A stretch of 64,000 bases of DNA from Antechinus flavipes. Its lineage: Eukaryota. The position numbers and the translations under genes were made by a program. Position 1 is the first letter of the stretch. Each line of letters opens with the position of its first letter. The notes beneath the pieces are model-generated. The model saw nothing but the letters and a program-made list of their open reading frames with translations, ran no database searches and was not told where the DNA came from. Positions 25,560 through 37,690 of the stretch are shown one piece after another. The stretch is from assembly GCF_016432865.1 (NCBI RefSeq), contig NC_067399.1, positions 120,404,001-120,468,000 of the forward strand, read 5' to 3'.

Positions 25560-25912
25560 TATATTTTTTTAATTTTTTATTTATTTTTAACACACATTGC
25601 TCTATGAATCATGTTGGGAGAGAAAAATCACACTAAAAGGGAAAAACCATGGGAGAGAGAAAAAAAATGGGAAAAAAAAGTGAATATAGCATGTGTTGAT
25701 TTACATTGTCTCCATAGTTCTTTTTCTGAATGCAGATGGCATTTTCTGTTCAAAGTTTATTGGGATTCCTTTAGGTCACTGAACCAATAAGAAGAACCAT
25801 GCCTTTCATAGTTGATCTCATCATACATTGTTGCTGTTATTATGCATAATGTATTCCTGGTTCTGCTTGTTTCACTCAGCATCAAGTCATATAAATTTTT
25901 CCAGGCCCTACC
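25560..25912 (-). mobile_element. LINE-1 3' UTR fragment
   Basis: T-rich tail followed by an L1 3' UTR. ORF 25757-25960 (-) reads like the L1 ORF2 end (DLMLSETSRTR). Confidence 0.75.
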
Positions 25913-27838
25913 AAGATTTCTTAATTTTTCTCTTCTATGAAATTGGCATGACATTTGCACTCACTTATTCTACAGAAAATAAAAATACTTTATATTTGTT
26001 AAAGGGAGTAATTATTATTCAGTGATAAAAATTTCATCATCTTTTATCCCTCATCTCTACACCTTCATTCCCAGCTTACAATCCCAATATGTTTTCAGTG
26101 GTTGCCTAGTTCCTGGGCCCTGAGTTTGATTTAGTTTTATGTTTTAGTTTCATTTACTTAAGTTTCAGATCTCATCTGTCAAGATGATAATGATAACAGT
26201 ATTTACATAGCATTTTAAGGTTTGCAAAGTACTTTATAAATACTATCTCAGATTATCCATACACACCTCTGGGGTTTAGGTGCTATTATTACTTGCATTT
26301 TACAGAGGAGAAAACTGAGGCAGACAGAAATTAAGTTATATGTCTGGGGTTACATTTGAACTCCAGAATCCAGATCCAGCTTTCTGTCTAGTGTAACACT
26401 TGACTGATTTCAGTCATTATAATGAGGGCTGAAATGTTTATGGAATGGACTCGATAGTAAAGAAGAATCACTTTCAAGGACTAGGTTAGTTACTACATAA
26501 AGATGAGAGTGGTGAAGTGCAGTTTCCCTCATGATGGGGATGGAGATCCATAGATAGAATAATGTTCATTCTCGATTACTTTCCATAAAGTGTAGAAAGA
26601 GCTTCACACTGTGAATTCAGTGACAGGAATTCTAATCTGGCTCTGCCTTTATTTAGCTTTGTGTTCTTAGGCAGACATGTCATCGAACTTTAGTGATTCA
26701 GTTTCTTGATTTATCCCATGATAGGCAGGATGTTTAGTGTAGTTGAAATGAGGATAAATTGAAATAAGCCGTGAAAATCTTTTGAATAGCCCTCAGTATT
26801 TTCCAAGCATAAATTGCCTTTGTTGTTGTTAGTTATTTTAATATTTGAAGAAGTTGTAATTTGTGTCTCTGGGCAATCTCTGCAGGCTTTTTTGGAGTCT
26901 TCTTTGAATGTAGCTTCATAATTTATCCCTTATTGACCAACTCCTTCAGCTTGACACCACTAATCTTCAAATGGTAGACATGCAATTCATAATTGGGCCA
27001 TCCTCAGATTCTTTCCATCTTAATAAGACTTGTCAAATCTTGTGTTTTGTTACCATAAATCCCCAAGAACCCAGAATTGTTTCCATGCCCCAGAGAAGCA
27101 CCAAAGTTGCACATTAATAAGGGTTTGTGTTGTGTTGTTTTTAATAATAATTTAATATTTAATAATAATTCATTGAGGCTACCAATGCAAGCTGTGGCCT
27201 TAAGTCTGATCCATTGGACATTGGAAAAAGTATTGGACTTAGAATCAGAAATTTGAATTCTGAGTTTGAAGCCTGGTCAGTTTATTATTCCCTGGAGACA
27301 AGTCCCTTCAATTCAACAAACATTTATTAATTGCCCACCACACACAAGACACTGGGGTTAAGTGAGCCCTGGAGTGAGCCAGCACTTAAACTCTGAATAT
27401 AGGGGGGGAAATAAAGTGGAAGAAATATGAGGAAGGAGAGAACACTTAACTAGGGAGATTGAGGAAGGCTTTATGGAGAAGGTGATGTTTGTTTGGTGAA
27501 ATAGGATATGTGAAGGGGAATGATGTGAAATAAGGCTAGAAAGGTAAACTGGAATCAGATTATTCTATTTGATCTGAGTGGCAATATGGGATCAAAAGAA
27601 GTTTTTTTAGTCTGATCCTACTGTTTCCTTTTCTGTCAAATGAGAGAAATGGTCTAGATGATTGAGAAAGCTCTCTTCCTACTCTGTTTACATACTACCT
27701 CCTTAGCTGCAAGTAGATATTTTCCCAGGGCTTCAGTCTCTCTGAATTAGGGTTAGGTATGATTTAAGGCTGTCTCCTTTGGGGATACAGTCCTAGGGTC
27801 AAGCTTTTGCTCATCATCTTGTCTTGCTGGTCCCCCAG

Positions 27839-28087
27839 TTCCAGGTGATACAGCAGGGAGCCCAGCAATCAGCAATTGCTCAGTTGCTTGGGCTACCCCA
27901 AGGAGCCCCCAGCAGCTGCTGATGTCGAACTTCTATCAACAGCAGCAGCTGCTGAAAGTTCAGCAGCCGCACTACAGCAGAAGACAGTTGTGGCAGCTGG
28001 ACAGCCGAAGCAACAGGCTCCCTCCAACCCCAGCCACAGGTGCAACCGGCTGTAGCCCAACAGCCAGCCCCTGCCCAGGATCCCATG
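27839..28087 (+). pseudogene. AAK1: Degenerate AAK1 exon 13-equivalent (pseudo-exon)
   Basis: tcccccAG|TTC CAG acceptor is intact. Homology to human exon 13 (FQ..[23 protein letters not shown]...AAGQ...QPAPAQ.P) is spread over three frames. TGA at 27920-27922 in the entry frame. Donor position reads ATG|ATAAGA. Confidence 0.85.
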
Positions 28088-31000
28088 ATAAGAATCAACC
28101 TGGGCTGAGAAACAAAGGCAGAGGAGGAAGCAACGTGCAGTGAGAGTTAGGGGAAAGGCAAGAGAGGCAGAACTGTCTGCTGAGTGGGGAATGATCTGGC
28201 CTGGGAGTTGGGAGACCGGGGCTGTGGACTCTCACGCCCCCAGTGATGCTGGTTGTCCTTAAGGCTGAGGCAGGTGCCCTCCTTTAGAGAGGTAATAGTC
28301 GTTGCTCTTCTTACGGTCCCATCTGAGAAACAGAATGTTATGTAGGCTTTTGAGGTAAGGTCTTCAGGGAGTAAAGGGCTTCTAAGAGAAGACGTAAGAG
28401 AAAGGGGATGACTCGTATTTCACTCTGTAATGGCTTCCACAGCATCCCCTAGTTTGAGAGCTTTTTTCACAACCAACCAATAAGATAGGGCAAACAAGAT
28501 AAATAATCGCATCATTTCACAGGGAAGAAACTGAGGTTTGAAATCATATATGTCTTAGTGGAAGAAATGGGACTCAAGCCCAAGATTCTCTAACCCCAAA
28601 TTTAGAATCTTCCTGCACCACAGAACTCTCAAGCGAAGTAGCAAGGTGACCTTATTGCTTCTGTTACCATTTCCATTTGGAAATGAAGACTTCAGTAAAG
28701 AACGAGTATTCCTCTTCAGGAAAAATTGCCTATTGTTTTAAAAGGACCTCTTTTTTTTTTTTTTCTTGAGATACATGAGCCTTGACACTGCTGGAAATGG
28801 TTTTTCTCCTTGCCTCAACAGTTACCTGATGTCAACTTAACAAGCAGCTTCCTTGCAAGGGCTTCTGCTTGAACACAGGCTCTTTATGATCCAGACAAGA
28901 ACTTAGGGCAACTGAGCATTCAGTAGGAAACAGCATTAGAATGTTCATTCTTGGTTTTAGATGTGAGGAATATCCTTCTGACAGGAGTCAGGCTATGTCC
29001 AGTACCATTCTCTGAGACATACAGGCATGTGACCTTTCAGAATGGAGCATTTCAGTTTCTGTAGGCTCAGCTCTTTGATAGAAATCCTGTCCAAAAAAGT
29101 ATCTAAGCATCATAGTGTTGAAGAAGATAAAGGGCATAGTGCATTAGCTTTGGAGAAGACCGGGGGTTGAACACTGGATCTGATAATTTACTACTTGCAT
29201 AACCTTGGACAATCCCTTGTACACCTCTGAGTCTTACTTTCTGCCTCAGTAAATTGAGGACTTTAGCAACTACCTAATCTGAGCATTTGCAGTAAATTCT
29301 CATTTACTTACCCAGCCATCTCAAAAGAGGTCTTTTAGTGCCCTCCTTACCAAGATGTATTCTAACAAACTCCCTCCTATCCCCACAATGGTGACTCCAC
29401 ATACTTGAAAACTTTATTTTCAAAAAGAATAGGGCAGCTAATGGTGATGTGACTAGAGTGCGAGATTTGGAATCAGCAAGACTTGAAATCAAATTCTGTC
29501 TCAGAGACTTATTTCCTAGCTGTGTCATTCTGACAAGTTTTTGCCTTCCTCAACATGTTTCTTCATCTGGTAAATGATGATAATAATAGTGCCTGCCTCC
29601 TAAGCACTTATGTGAGTGAAAAAATGAGTTAGCTAACATTTGCAAATCTTAAAGTCTTATATAAAAATGCTAGGTACCATCATCATCATCATCATGGTTT
29701 AGAATTAGTAATTAAGATTGAAGTAGCTTAAATCAAGCTTTTGGTCCAGGAAAAAAGGATAAGGAGAAAATGAAGAGATAATTTAAAGGATTTTTCACTG
29801 AATTATAACTTTATAATAATTGCAAAGTATTCCCTCTCAACAACTTGATGTTCTTATTTAAGAAAATTAAGTCTCCCAGAGGTGATAAAATTTTTATGGT
29901 CACAGCTAGTAAAGAAAAATCTGGGATTTGAATCTAGGTTTCCTAATCTTCCAAACTAAAAAAGTAAGGGTTATCAGGAATGGAAGATGGAGTCATATGA
30001 CTCTAAATGATTGAGACTGAGAATTGTGGAATAAAATGGACCCCAAAACTGGGGTCAATACCAGGAATGTCTATGCTCTGTAATATGTGAAACTTAATGA
30101 GATTTCTTACTGCTGGAAAAGGTTAACTAGCTAAAGGAAGCCTTTTTAGGAATAACTCTCATAGCTAGAATGATGTGTTGACAGTTTGATTCGATGCTTT
30201 AATTCTAAAACCCCTGATATAAACTATGAAAAGCACTTTTAATATAGAACTCTATTGTCTCCCTCTTATTAAAAGTCTTAACTCATAAAAAGGAGGAGTG
30301 GTCATGAGCTAAAAGGAATACCTGTCTTTAAATTGTTTTTACTCATTCATTTATTTGAGACAATTGAGCTTAAATGATTTGCACCCTTCATATCTCCTGT
30401 TGTTTCTAAATTCTATAGAGTCCTTCTCCAGTGCCTCATTGTAGTATGTAGATGATCCTGGACTCTTACAAGATCTGCCAACAGAATTATAGATCCTCAT
30501 TGGAACAGCTTCAAGGATGGACTGTGTTTCTGTCTTCTGGAAACAAGATTCACCACATTCTGAGAGATGTATTATTAGGGTGGGCCTAGGGAGACAATTC
30601 ACAAAGGATATCTTCATAGGTGTGTGTTTGGATTCTACATAGGTGGGAGGAGTAACTATGCTGATGAAACTATGGATCTTTAAAGTACTGAACTAAATTG
30701 CTTTGAAAGAGAGTGGTGTTCAATAATATATTCATTGCCTTCACCCTTTCCTTGGCAAAGCATGTGGTCTTCCTGGAAAAGTATGGAAATGAGCAGATTT
30801 TTTTATTGATAAAGAAAATGTCTTTCTAAGAACTGATTTATAGATACAGAATCAGAAAATGGCAGATTTGTCTCACCAATTTATTGATCCTATATTGCAT
30901 GACCATGAGCTATAGAGAAAACAGTTTTTTACCTAGCAGCCAGATTACTATAGGGGGATATATATGACCAGATAGCACTATATAGGAACCTTCTCTCTGG

Positions 31001-32419
31001 ACACATAGGCCAATAATATTTAAAGCCCAACATCTTAAACTGTGATTCACAACTCCATATGGGGTCTTGTAACTTTGGGGGTAGCTAAATTATGATTTAT
31101 TACCAGTAAATGTTTTATTTGTATATTGTTTTACATACCTATACACTCAGAGTCAAGTAAAAATTTCTTGGACAAAAAGGGGTCATGAGTAGAAAAAGTT
31201 TAATCTAAAATATTTTTCTGTATACTTGCTTGGCAAACCCAGAGTCCAACCAGGTATTCTAGCACTCCTTGCAATTCCTTCATTCAATTGGCTTTCTTTG
31301 GAAATCTCATGCTATAGGTATACCTCCCAATTTAACCAATGTGGATTTCCTTGTTGATTCCTGGGATCTCTGAAAATTCTATCTCCTCAACAATGAAAGC
31401 CAGGCTCTGATAGAAGTTGATATTACAGGGGACTTTCCCCAAGAGGCTGTATCCTCTTTCCCCTTAGAATAGAATATAAGCTCCATAAGGACAGAAACGG
31501 TTTATATTTTAATTTTTTTCATTTCTTTTCCTATTCCCAGTATCTAGCACAGTGCCCTACATTTTAAAAGTGTTTATTGAATCAAACATCCCATTTACAG
31601 AAGAGACTCAGCAGGACTTTAGTCATAATAACCATTTTTTACTTTTCTGCATCCTAAATCCATTGGATACCAGAATCTATTACTGATGAATTGCTTCTCA
31701 CAGTAGGTGTGAGGGATCAGGCTAGTCCAGTTCTTTTCTTCCTGCTATGACTTGCTCAGGTTCTAAAGGAATTCATTCCCAACTTTAGCATATCTTAAAC
31801 AATGAGACACCCATCCTCTCGATCTCTTTTGTGAGTCTGGCCATCAGAACAGCTAATAAGCTCTGTAACATAGTTCTTTGTGTATAGTTGACCACCTGGC
31901 CCAATCAAGTTGCAATCAGTCTGTGGCCTTACTCCACATGGCACTTCCTTGGAAATAAAAGAAAACCTAAATTTACCTAATTTATTGGCTCATGCAGCTC
32001 TGGCTAGAATCTCTGGTGAGCAGGTTTGTAGTGCATTATAAAATGACTAAATTACAGTGCACAGCAGAACTCCATATCCGCTCCAATCCCCCGAAGTCAG
32101 GGATTTCTTGTTCACCACTAGACCCATTCCTCTTTCTTCCCCTTTCTAGGATCATAACTCTCCCATGTCCAGTCTACAGCCACCATTCAAACAGGTATTG
32201 AAAGGGCTATTTCATCTCTTTTGTCATTATTATTGTATGATATTGTACAACAATATAGTATTGTCATTATTCACATTTCCTGCCAGTTCAGGCTTTATGG
32301 AGCAGGTTCTCCTCCATCCTGACTATGGTATCATAGCACTTTCCTGATGGGTACCATTGGGTCATCTTGATTGTTTGGCATTCTTGTGGACTTCTCTGGG
32401 AGAGTGCCTCCTCACTCTG

Positions 32420-32421
<2 letters not shown>

Positions 32422-32452
<31 letters not shown>

Positions 32453-32540
32453 GCACATTCAACACATTCACATATGTATATGTTCATACTTATACATGTT
32501 AAATACGTGCATAGGCACAAGTACACACACACACACACAC
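32422..32540. repeat. (AC)n microsatellites (32422-32450, 32523-32540) in CA/TA-rich sequence
   Basis: Direct reading. Confidence 0.95.
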
Positions 32541-35306
32541 TGACATCCAGCAAGTCTTATTTACGTCTCTACTCCAAGAACTCTTTCTTCCATGTATCTT
32601 GACAGAAAATACTTGCAAAAATAATTTTGTGATTCTATTAAAAGCTAGAGTCACCATGATGAAGCTGTAAATTAAAGAGATCCTTAGACCAGCTCTTTCT
32701 CCATCGACTACTTTTAGCTTGTTTCTGGCTTGTGCTTTTTCTCTTGTATAGTTTTGTGTTTTTTTCAAATGAAATAATATTTACAACTTAGCATAATGTC
32801 TGGCAGATAGTAGGCACTTAATAAATGCTCATTCCCTTCCCTCTCTTCTCCCTACACTCCCACCTACCAATCCTTGTTGCTCATCTATTGCCATTGTTCA
32901 AATGTCTTCCTGTTCACAAATAAAAACCCTTGTCAGCTTCAACACTGTACATGTATATTAGTTCTAGCCTAAGCTAAAGCGTCCAAGACCTTATGTTGTT
33001 TTAACAACAATAATAAAATGTGTCCATAGCAATTTAAATTTTATGAGGTACTTTCTTCATATTGGCCCAGTGGTAAATATTATTATACAGATGAAGAAAC
33101 TAAAGTCTTTAGAAAAAGGAGAATCTAGCTCATGGACACATATAAGAAAAAGCTGGGGTCTCAAACTCAGTCCTCTGACTTCATGTTCCAAACTTCATGA
33201 AAATGGGCTTCCTTCCACCCCAGTCTAGCTTCATCCTCAGTGAGCCATGTCTTTGTCTTTGCCTTGGATGTCAAGTCCCTTTGGCTACATCATTGCACTC
33301 CTCTCTCAGCTTCATTTGATCACAGATCTTTATATCTTCATATGTCTGCTGCAATGATGTTAGGAATGAATTGCAAACCTCTTCCATATTTTTATTTGCT
33401 GTGGACAAGCAGGCATACTGACTTAATTTTGAGTAAGGAAGTGGAAAAGGAGGGGAGGAAGAAGGTTTTAAAAAAAAAAGGATGGTCTATGTGCAAACTT
33501 CGAGCTCCTTCCAGTTCTGGACAGTGGTTTTCTTTGTGATCCCTGAAAATCATGCCCATTACCCGTCTTCTTATGGATGCATTTAAGGAGCAAATGCATT
33601 TAAGAATATAGAAGACATTAGTACTAATCACTAATGAGATCGTCGAATCAGAACTTGGGAAACCAGGCCATAATTTTTGACTTTTGACATTTGACATTTA
33701 GTAGCCTTAATCAAATCATAGGAAGTAGATTGGAAAGAGCCTTAGTGACCCAATTCTAGGCCTGGCTCTGATACTAACTAACTATATGACCTTGGACCTA
33801 TTGTATAGTGTCACCAAACTTGAGTTTCCTTAACTATAAAATGACAATACCTGTACTATATGCTTTATAGGGTTATTTGGTAGAAAGCACTTTATTACTC
33901 TTAAAACACAACAGTATCATCATCGTCGTCATTATTCTCATTTCTTCCACTAATTAATTTTGTGATTTGGAGCAAATCACTTCACCTTTAGGTTTTCCTC
34001 ATCTGTAAGAGGCAATTTGGAACAGAGGAAAGAACGATGGAAAGAGTATCTAGTCTCAGCTGTGCTGCTAACTAGCTCTGGAATCTGGACAGAGTTATAG
34101 AGTCTCTCTAAGGCTCAGCTTCCTCCTCTCCAAAATGAGAGAGGTGAACTAGATGATCTCAAAGACCTCCTCTTCTTCTACCGTTCTTAGTACATAAAAG
34201 TAGTTATGATTTCGTTGGTGGAGTCACAATCTCCCTGTGCCTTAGGAGATGGCTCTTCAAGTTTTCATATTTAAAAAGGATCAACAGGTGGGGATAAAGG
34301 GTGGGCACAGTTTGGAGGTAAGTCTTTTCACACTTAAATTGGGGTCCTCAGAAGTTAGATACATAATCTAATATGCGAGCATCAGCCAACATTTACGTAC
34401 ACTGTGCTAGCACAATTCTTGATGATCTTATAATATGATGAGGATTTTAATGGAGGATTTTAATTCTGGGCTCTAAAATAGGATAAAAGTACTTCAAGAA
34501 ATCTCTTGTCTGGACATAACCTACCCCCTAGCTTAATTCCTTATATTAAACATGGTGAAATAGAATGGAGAAAAGCTCATGAATGATATTGGGCTCATCT
34601 AGATGACCAGTGATTCTTTTATGATTCTTTTTTTTAATCATTGATTTTATTGAACTATTTATCTCCAATGTGTAAAACAGGGAGAATAGATAAAGATAAG
34701 CTAAATAAAATTCATAAACTATTTCAAGCTACTCAAGAAAATCATAGGTTCATGAAGAAACTTAGATATAGTTTAGTTTCAGTTTTCATTGTGTAGAGGA
34801 GGAAAAATGAGATACACAGAACAAAAATGACCTTTGCCTAGCGCATAATAGGTACTTAATGAATACTTGTTGATTGAATATTTCACAATAAATATTTAAT
34901 GCTATTGAAATGAAACAGAACTTGACTTAACTTTTTTGGTTCTCAGTTTCCCTCATCACTAAAATGGGGTTGAGCTAGATGGTCTTCAAGGTCTCTCCCA
35001 GTTTTAAATTAAATTCAGTAACTACACAAATATTGATTACACATCTATTTCATGGAAGGTGATGGGGCTACAAAGAGAAAAACACAAGCCCCTATTTGTG
35101 ATATGGTCATTTGCAAGCCCGTGGCTCTAAGTTTTTATTTCTTAGTTAACCTAAATTTCTTATATTTGAGCCACAGAATGTTGTTATTCAATTGTGGCTG
35201 ATTTTTCATGACTTCATATGGTATTTCCTTGACAAGGATACTGACATAGTTCTCAGGCTCATTTTAGAGAAGAAAAACTGAGGCAAACAGGCTAAATGAT
35301 TTGTCC

Positions 35307-36118
35307 TGCACTAAGGTACTATTGGTGGAGTTGTGAACTAATCCACCAAATCTGGAGAGCAATTTGGATCTATGCCCAAAAGGCTATGCTCTTTGATTCA
35401 GCAATGTGTCTACTGGTTCTGTATTCCAAAGAACATAAAAAAGGGAAAAGGACCAACATGTGCAAAAATATTTGTTAGGAGCACTTTTTGGTGACAAGGT
35501 ATTGAAAATTGAGGAAATGCCCATCACTTGAGGAATGGCTGAATAAGTTACATTATATGAATATGAATATGAGTGAATGAATTGGAATATTATTGATCTA
35601 TAAAAAATGATGAGCAGGCTGATTTCAGAAAATCCTAGAAAGACTTACATAAACTGATGCTTTGTGAAGTGAACAGAACCAGGAGAACATTATACACAGT
35701 AACAGCAACATTGTATGATAATTGACTGTGATAGATATAGCATGTATATATCTGCCTCAGTAATACAGTGATTCCAAATAATTCCAATAAACTTGAATTG
35801 GAAAATGCCATCCACATCCAGAGAAAGAACTGTGGAGACTGAATGAAAATCAAAGCATACTATTTTTACTTTTTTGGTTGTTTTTACTTTCTTGTAGTTT
35901 TTCCATTTTGTTCTGATTTTTTTTCACAACATGACTAATATGGAAATGTGTTTAAAATGATTGTATCTGTATAACCATATCAGATTGCTTGCTGTCTTGG
36001 AGGGAGAAAGGAGGAAGGGAGAAAAAATTGAAATTCAAAGTCTTATAAAAATAAACATTGAAAACTATCTTTACAAATAACTGGAAAATTAAATTCTATT
36101 AAGTGGGAATAAATAAAT
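35307..36118 (+). mobile_element. LINE-1 3' fragment inserted in a SINE
   Basis: ttggtggagttgtgaact...ggagagcaatttgg...A-rich end. A split SINE continues on both sides, with degenerate duplication aaatgatttgtcc (35294-35306) / aagtgacttgtcc (36133-36145). Confidence 0.8.
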
Positions 36119-36474
36119 GATTTTTTTTTAAGAAGTGACTTGTCCAGGATTACACAACTAGTGTCACAAGCTGAATTTGAACTCCTGACTCAGTGTTCTG
36201 TCTACTGAGCCACTTTGCTGCCTCTTCTAGCCCATAGTAGATGCTTAATAATTGCTAATATACTAATTGATTGTTCATGGTTATTCTATGAAGGTTTCTT
36301 GAGAGAGTTCACATTTATGTGTCATCAGCTATTCTTCACATCTCACTTGATATTTTCAGAGCCCATTTATCCAGTTTGAGATGGAAAAAAGAGGGGATTT
36401 GGGTTATTCAGGTCCTTATGTAAATTTTCAAACTGTTCTTTCTTTCTTCTTTTCTTCCTCTTCTCTTTTCTTAG

Positions 36475-36707
36475 CAGAAGCAAGCACCAATAAGACAACA
36501 AGCAAAGGCTCAGACTACTCCACCCCCTGCCATCCAGGGGCAGAAGCTTGGATCTCTCACTCCTCCATCATCCCCCAAAGCCCAGCGGGCTGGACACAGG
36601 AGAATCCTCAGTGATGTAACCCACAGTGCAGTTTTTGGAGTTCCTGCCAGCCAGTCTACTCAGTTGCTTCAGGCAGCTGCAGCTGAAGCAAGCCTCAATA
36701 AGTCCAA
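36475..36707 (+). CDS. AAK1: AAK1 exon 14-equivalent: (QK)[75 protein letters not shown](K)
   Basis: Long U/C tract then TAG-CAG-AAG tandem acceptors (start 36475, 36478 or 36481), CAA|GTATGT donor. Contains the HxRxxS NDR-kinase motif HRRILS. Confidence 0.96.
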
Positions 36708-36810
36708 GTATGTGCTTCTTTTCTTTCTCTCTGCAGAGCTTGGGAGTCAGACTTTCAGCCAATTAAAATATATCTTGCATATCGTATTTCTTTACAAACA
36801 TCTTGAAAAA

Positions 36811-36811
<1 letters not shown>

Positions 36812-36850
<39 letters not shown>

Positions 36851-36880
36851 ACACACACGGGTGTGTGTATGTGTGTGTAT
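36812..36880. repeat. (CA)n followed by (TG)n compound microsatellite
   Basis: Direct reading. Confidence 0.97.
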
Positions 36881-37319
36881 TGCCTGAATGTTTATTCTTT
36901 CAGACAATATTGAATCAGTTGTGAAATACTCAGTTTACTGAATTTAAGAAATATTTATCATTCATTCTTTCAACAAATATTTTTTAAAATCTTTACTATA
37001 TAATAAAAAAATTCTATACTAAAATCGTTTTTAAAAAATGAAAAAAAAATAGTATTATCATTTTTTTCCCAACAACTAAAAAATCCTTACTATATATAGG
37101 GCACTCCATTGAGAGAGACTGTTTTTAGAGAAAACTGTAATTCCTTGCTGTCATAGACCTTACAATTTATTGGCAGAAATAAGAGATAAACAAAAATGCC
37201 TAATGCAAGATAAAAACATCAGAGAATAGTAGAACAAAGTGCTACATCAATTCCGAAGAGGAAGATTATTTAGTAACCTTAGATTTCATGTCCAAAGTGT
37301 TATTTGAGTTTGGCTTTAA

Positions 37320-37690
37320 AAATAGCAGAACAACAATGCAGTGATTCAAGGCCATTCCGATAGACTTGGAATAGAAAATGTCTCCTCATCCAGAGAAAGA
37401 ATAGTGGAAAATGACTGTGGATCAAAGCATGGTATTTTCCCTTTTTTTTTTTTTTTTTTGGTTTTTTCTCATTTAGTCTGATTTTTCTTGCATAACATGA
37501 CAAATATGGAAATGTGTTTAAAAGAATTTTGCATACTTAACCTATATCAGATTACTTGCTATCTTGGGGATAGAAGAGGTAAGGGAGAGAGGGAGAAAAA
37601 TTTGGAGCACAAAGTCTTACAAAAATGATTATTGGACTATCTCTGCATGTATTTGGAAAATGAAATACTACTGAAAAATTTTTTTAAAAT
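37320..37690 (+). mobile_element. LINE-1 3' UTR fragment
   Basis: Similar to the 3' part of the 35307-36118 element (catccagagaaagaa...acatgacaaatatggaaatgtgtt). Confidence 0.75.

Noticed and set aside
27922-28143. 73-aa ORF [9 protein letters not shown]... as an independent gene
   Set aside because: It is one of the three frames of the degenerate exon 13.
32357-32768. ORFs with HTHTHT / CVCVCV runs (also 6888-7109 and 36664-36924)
   Set aside because: Translations of CA/TG microsatellites.
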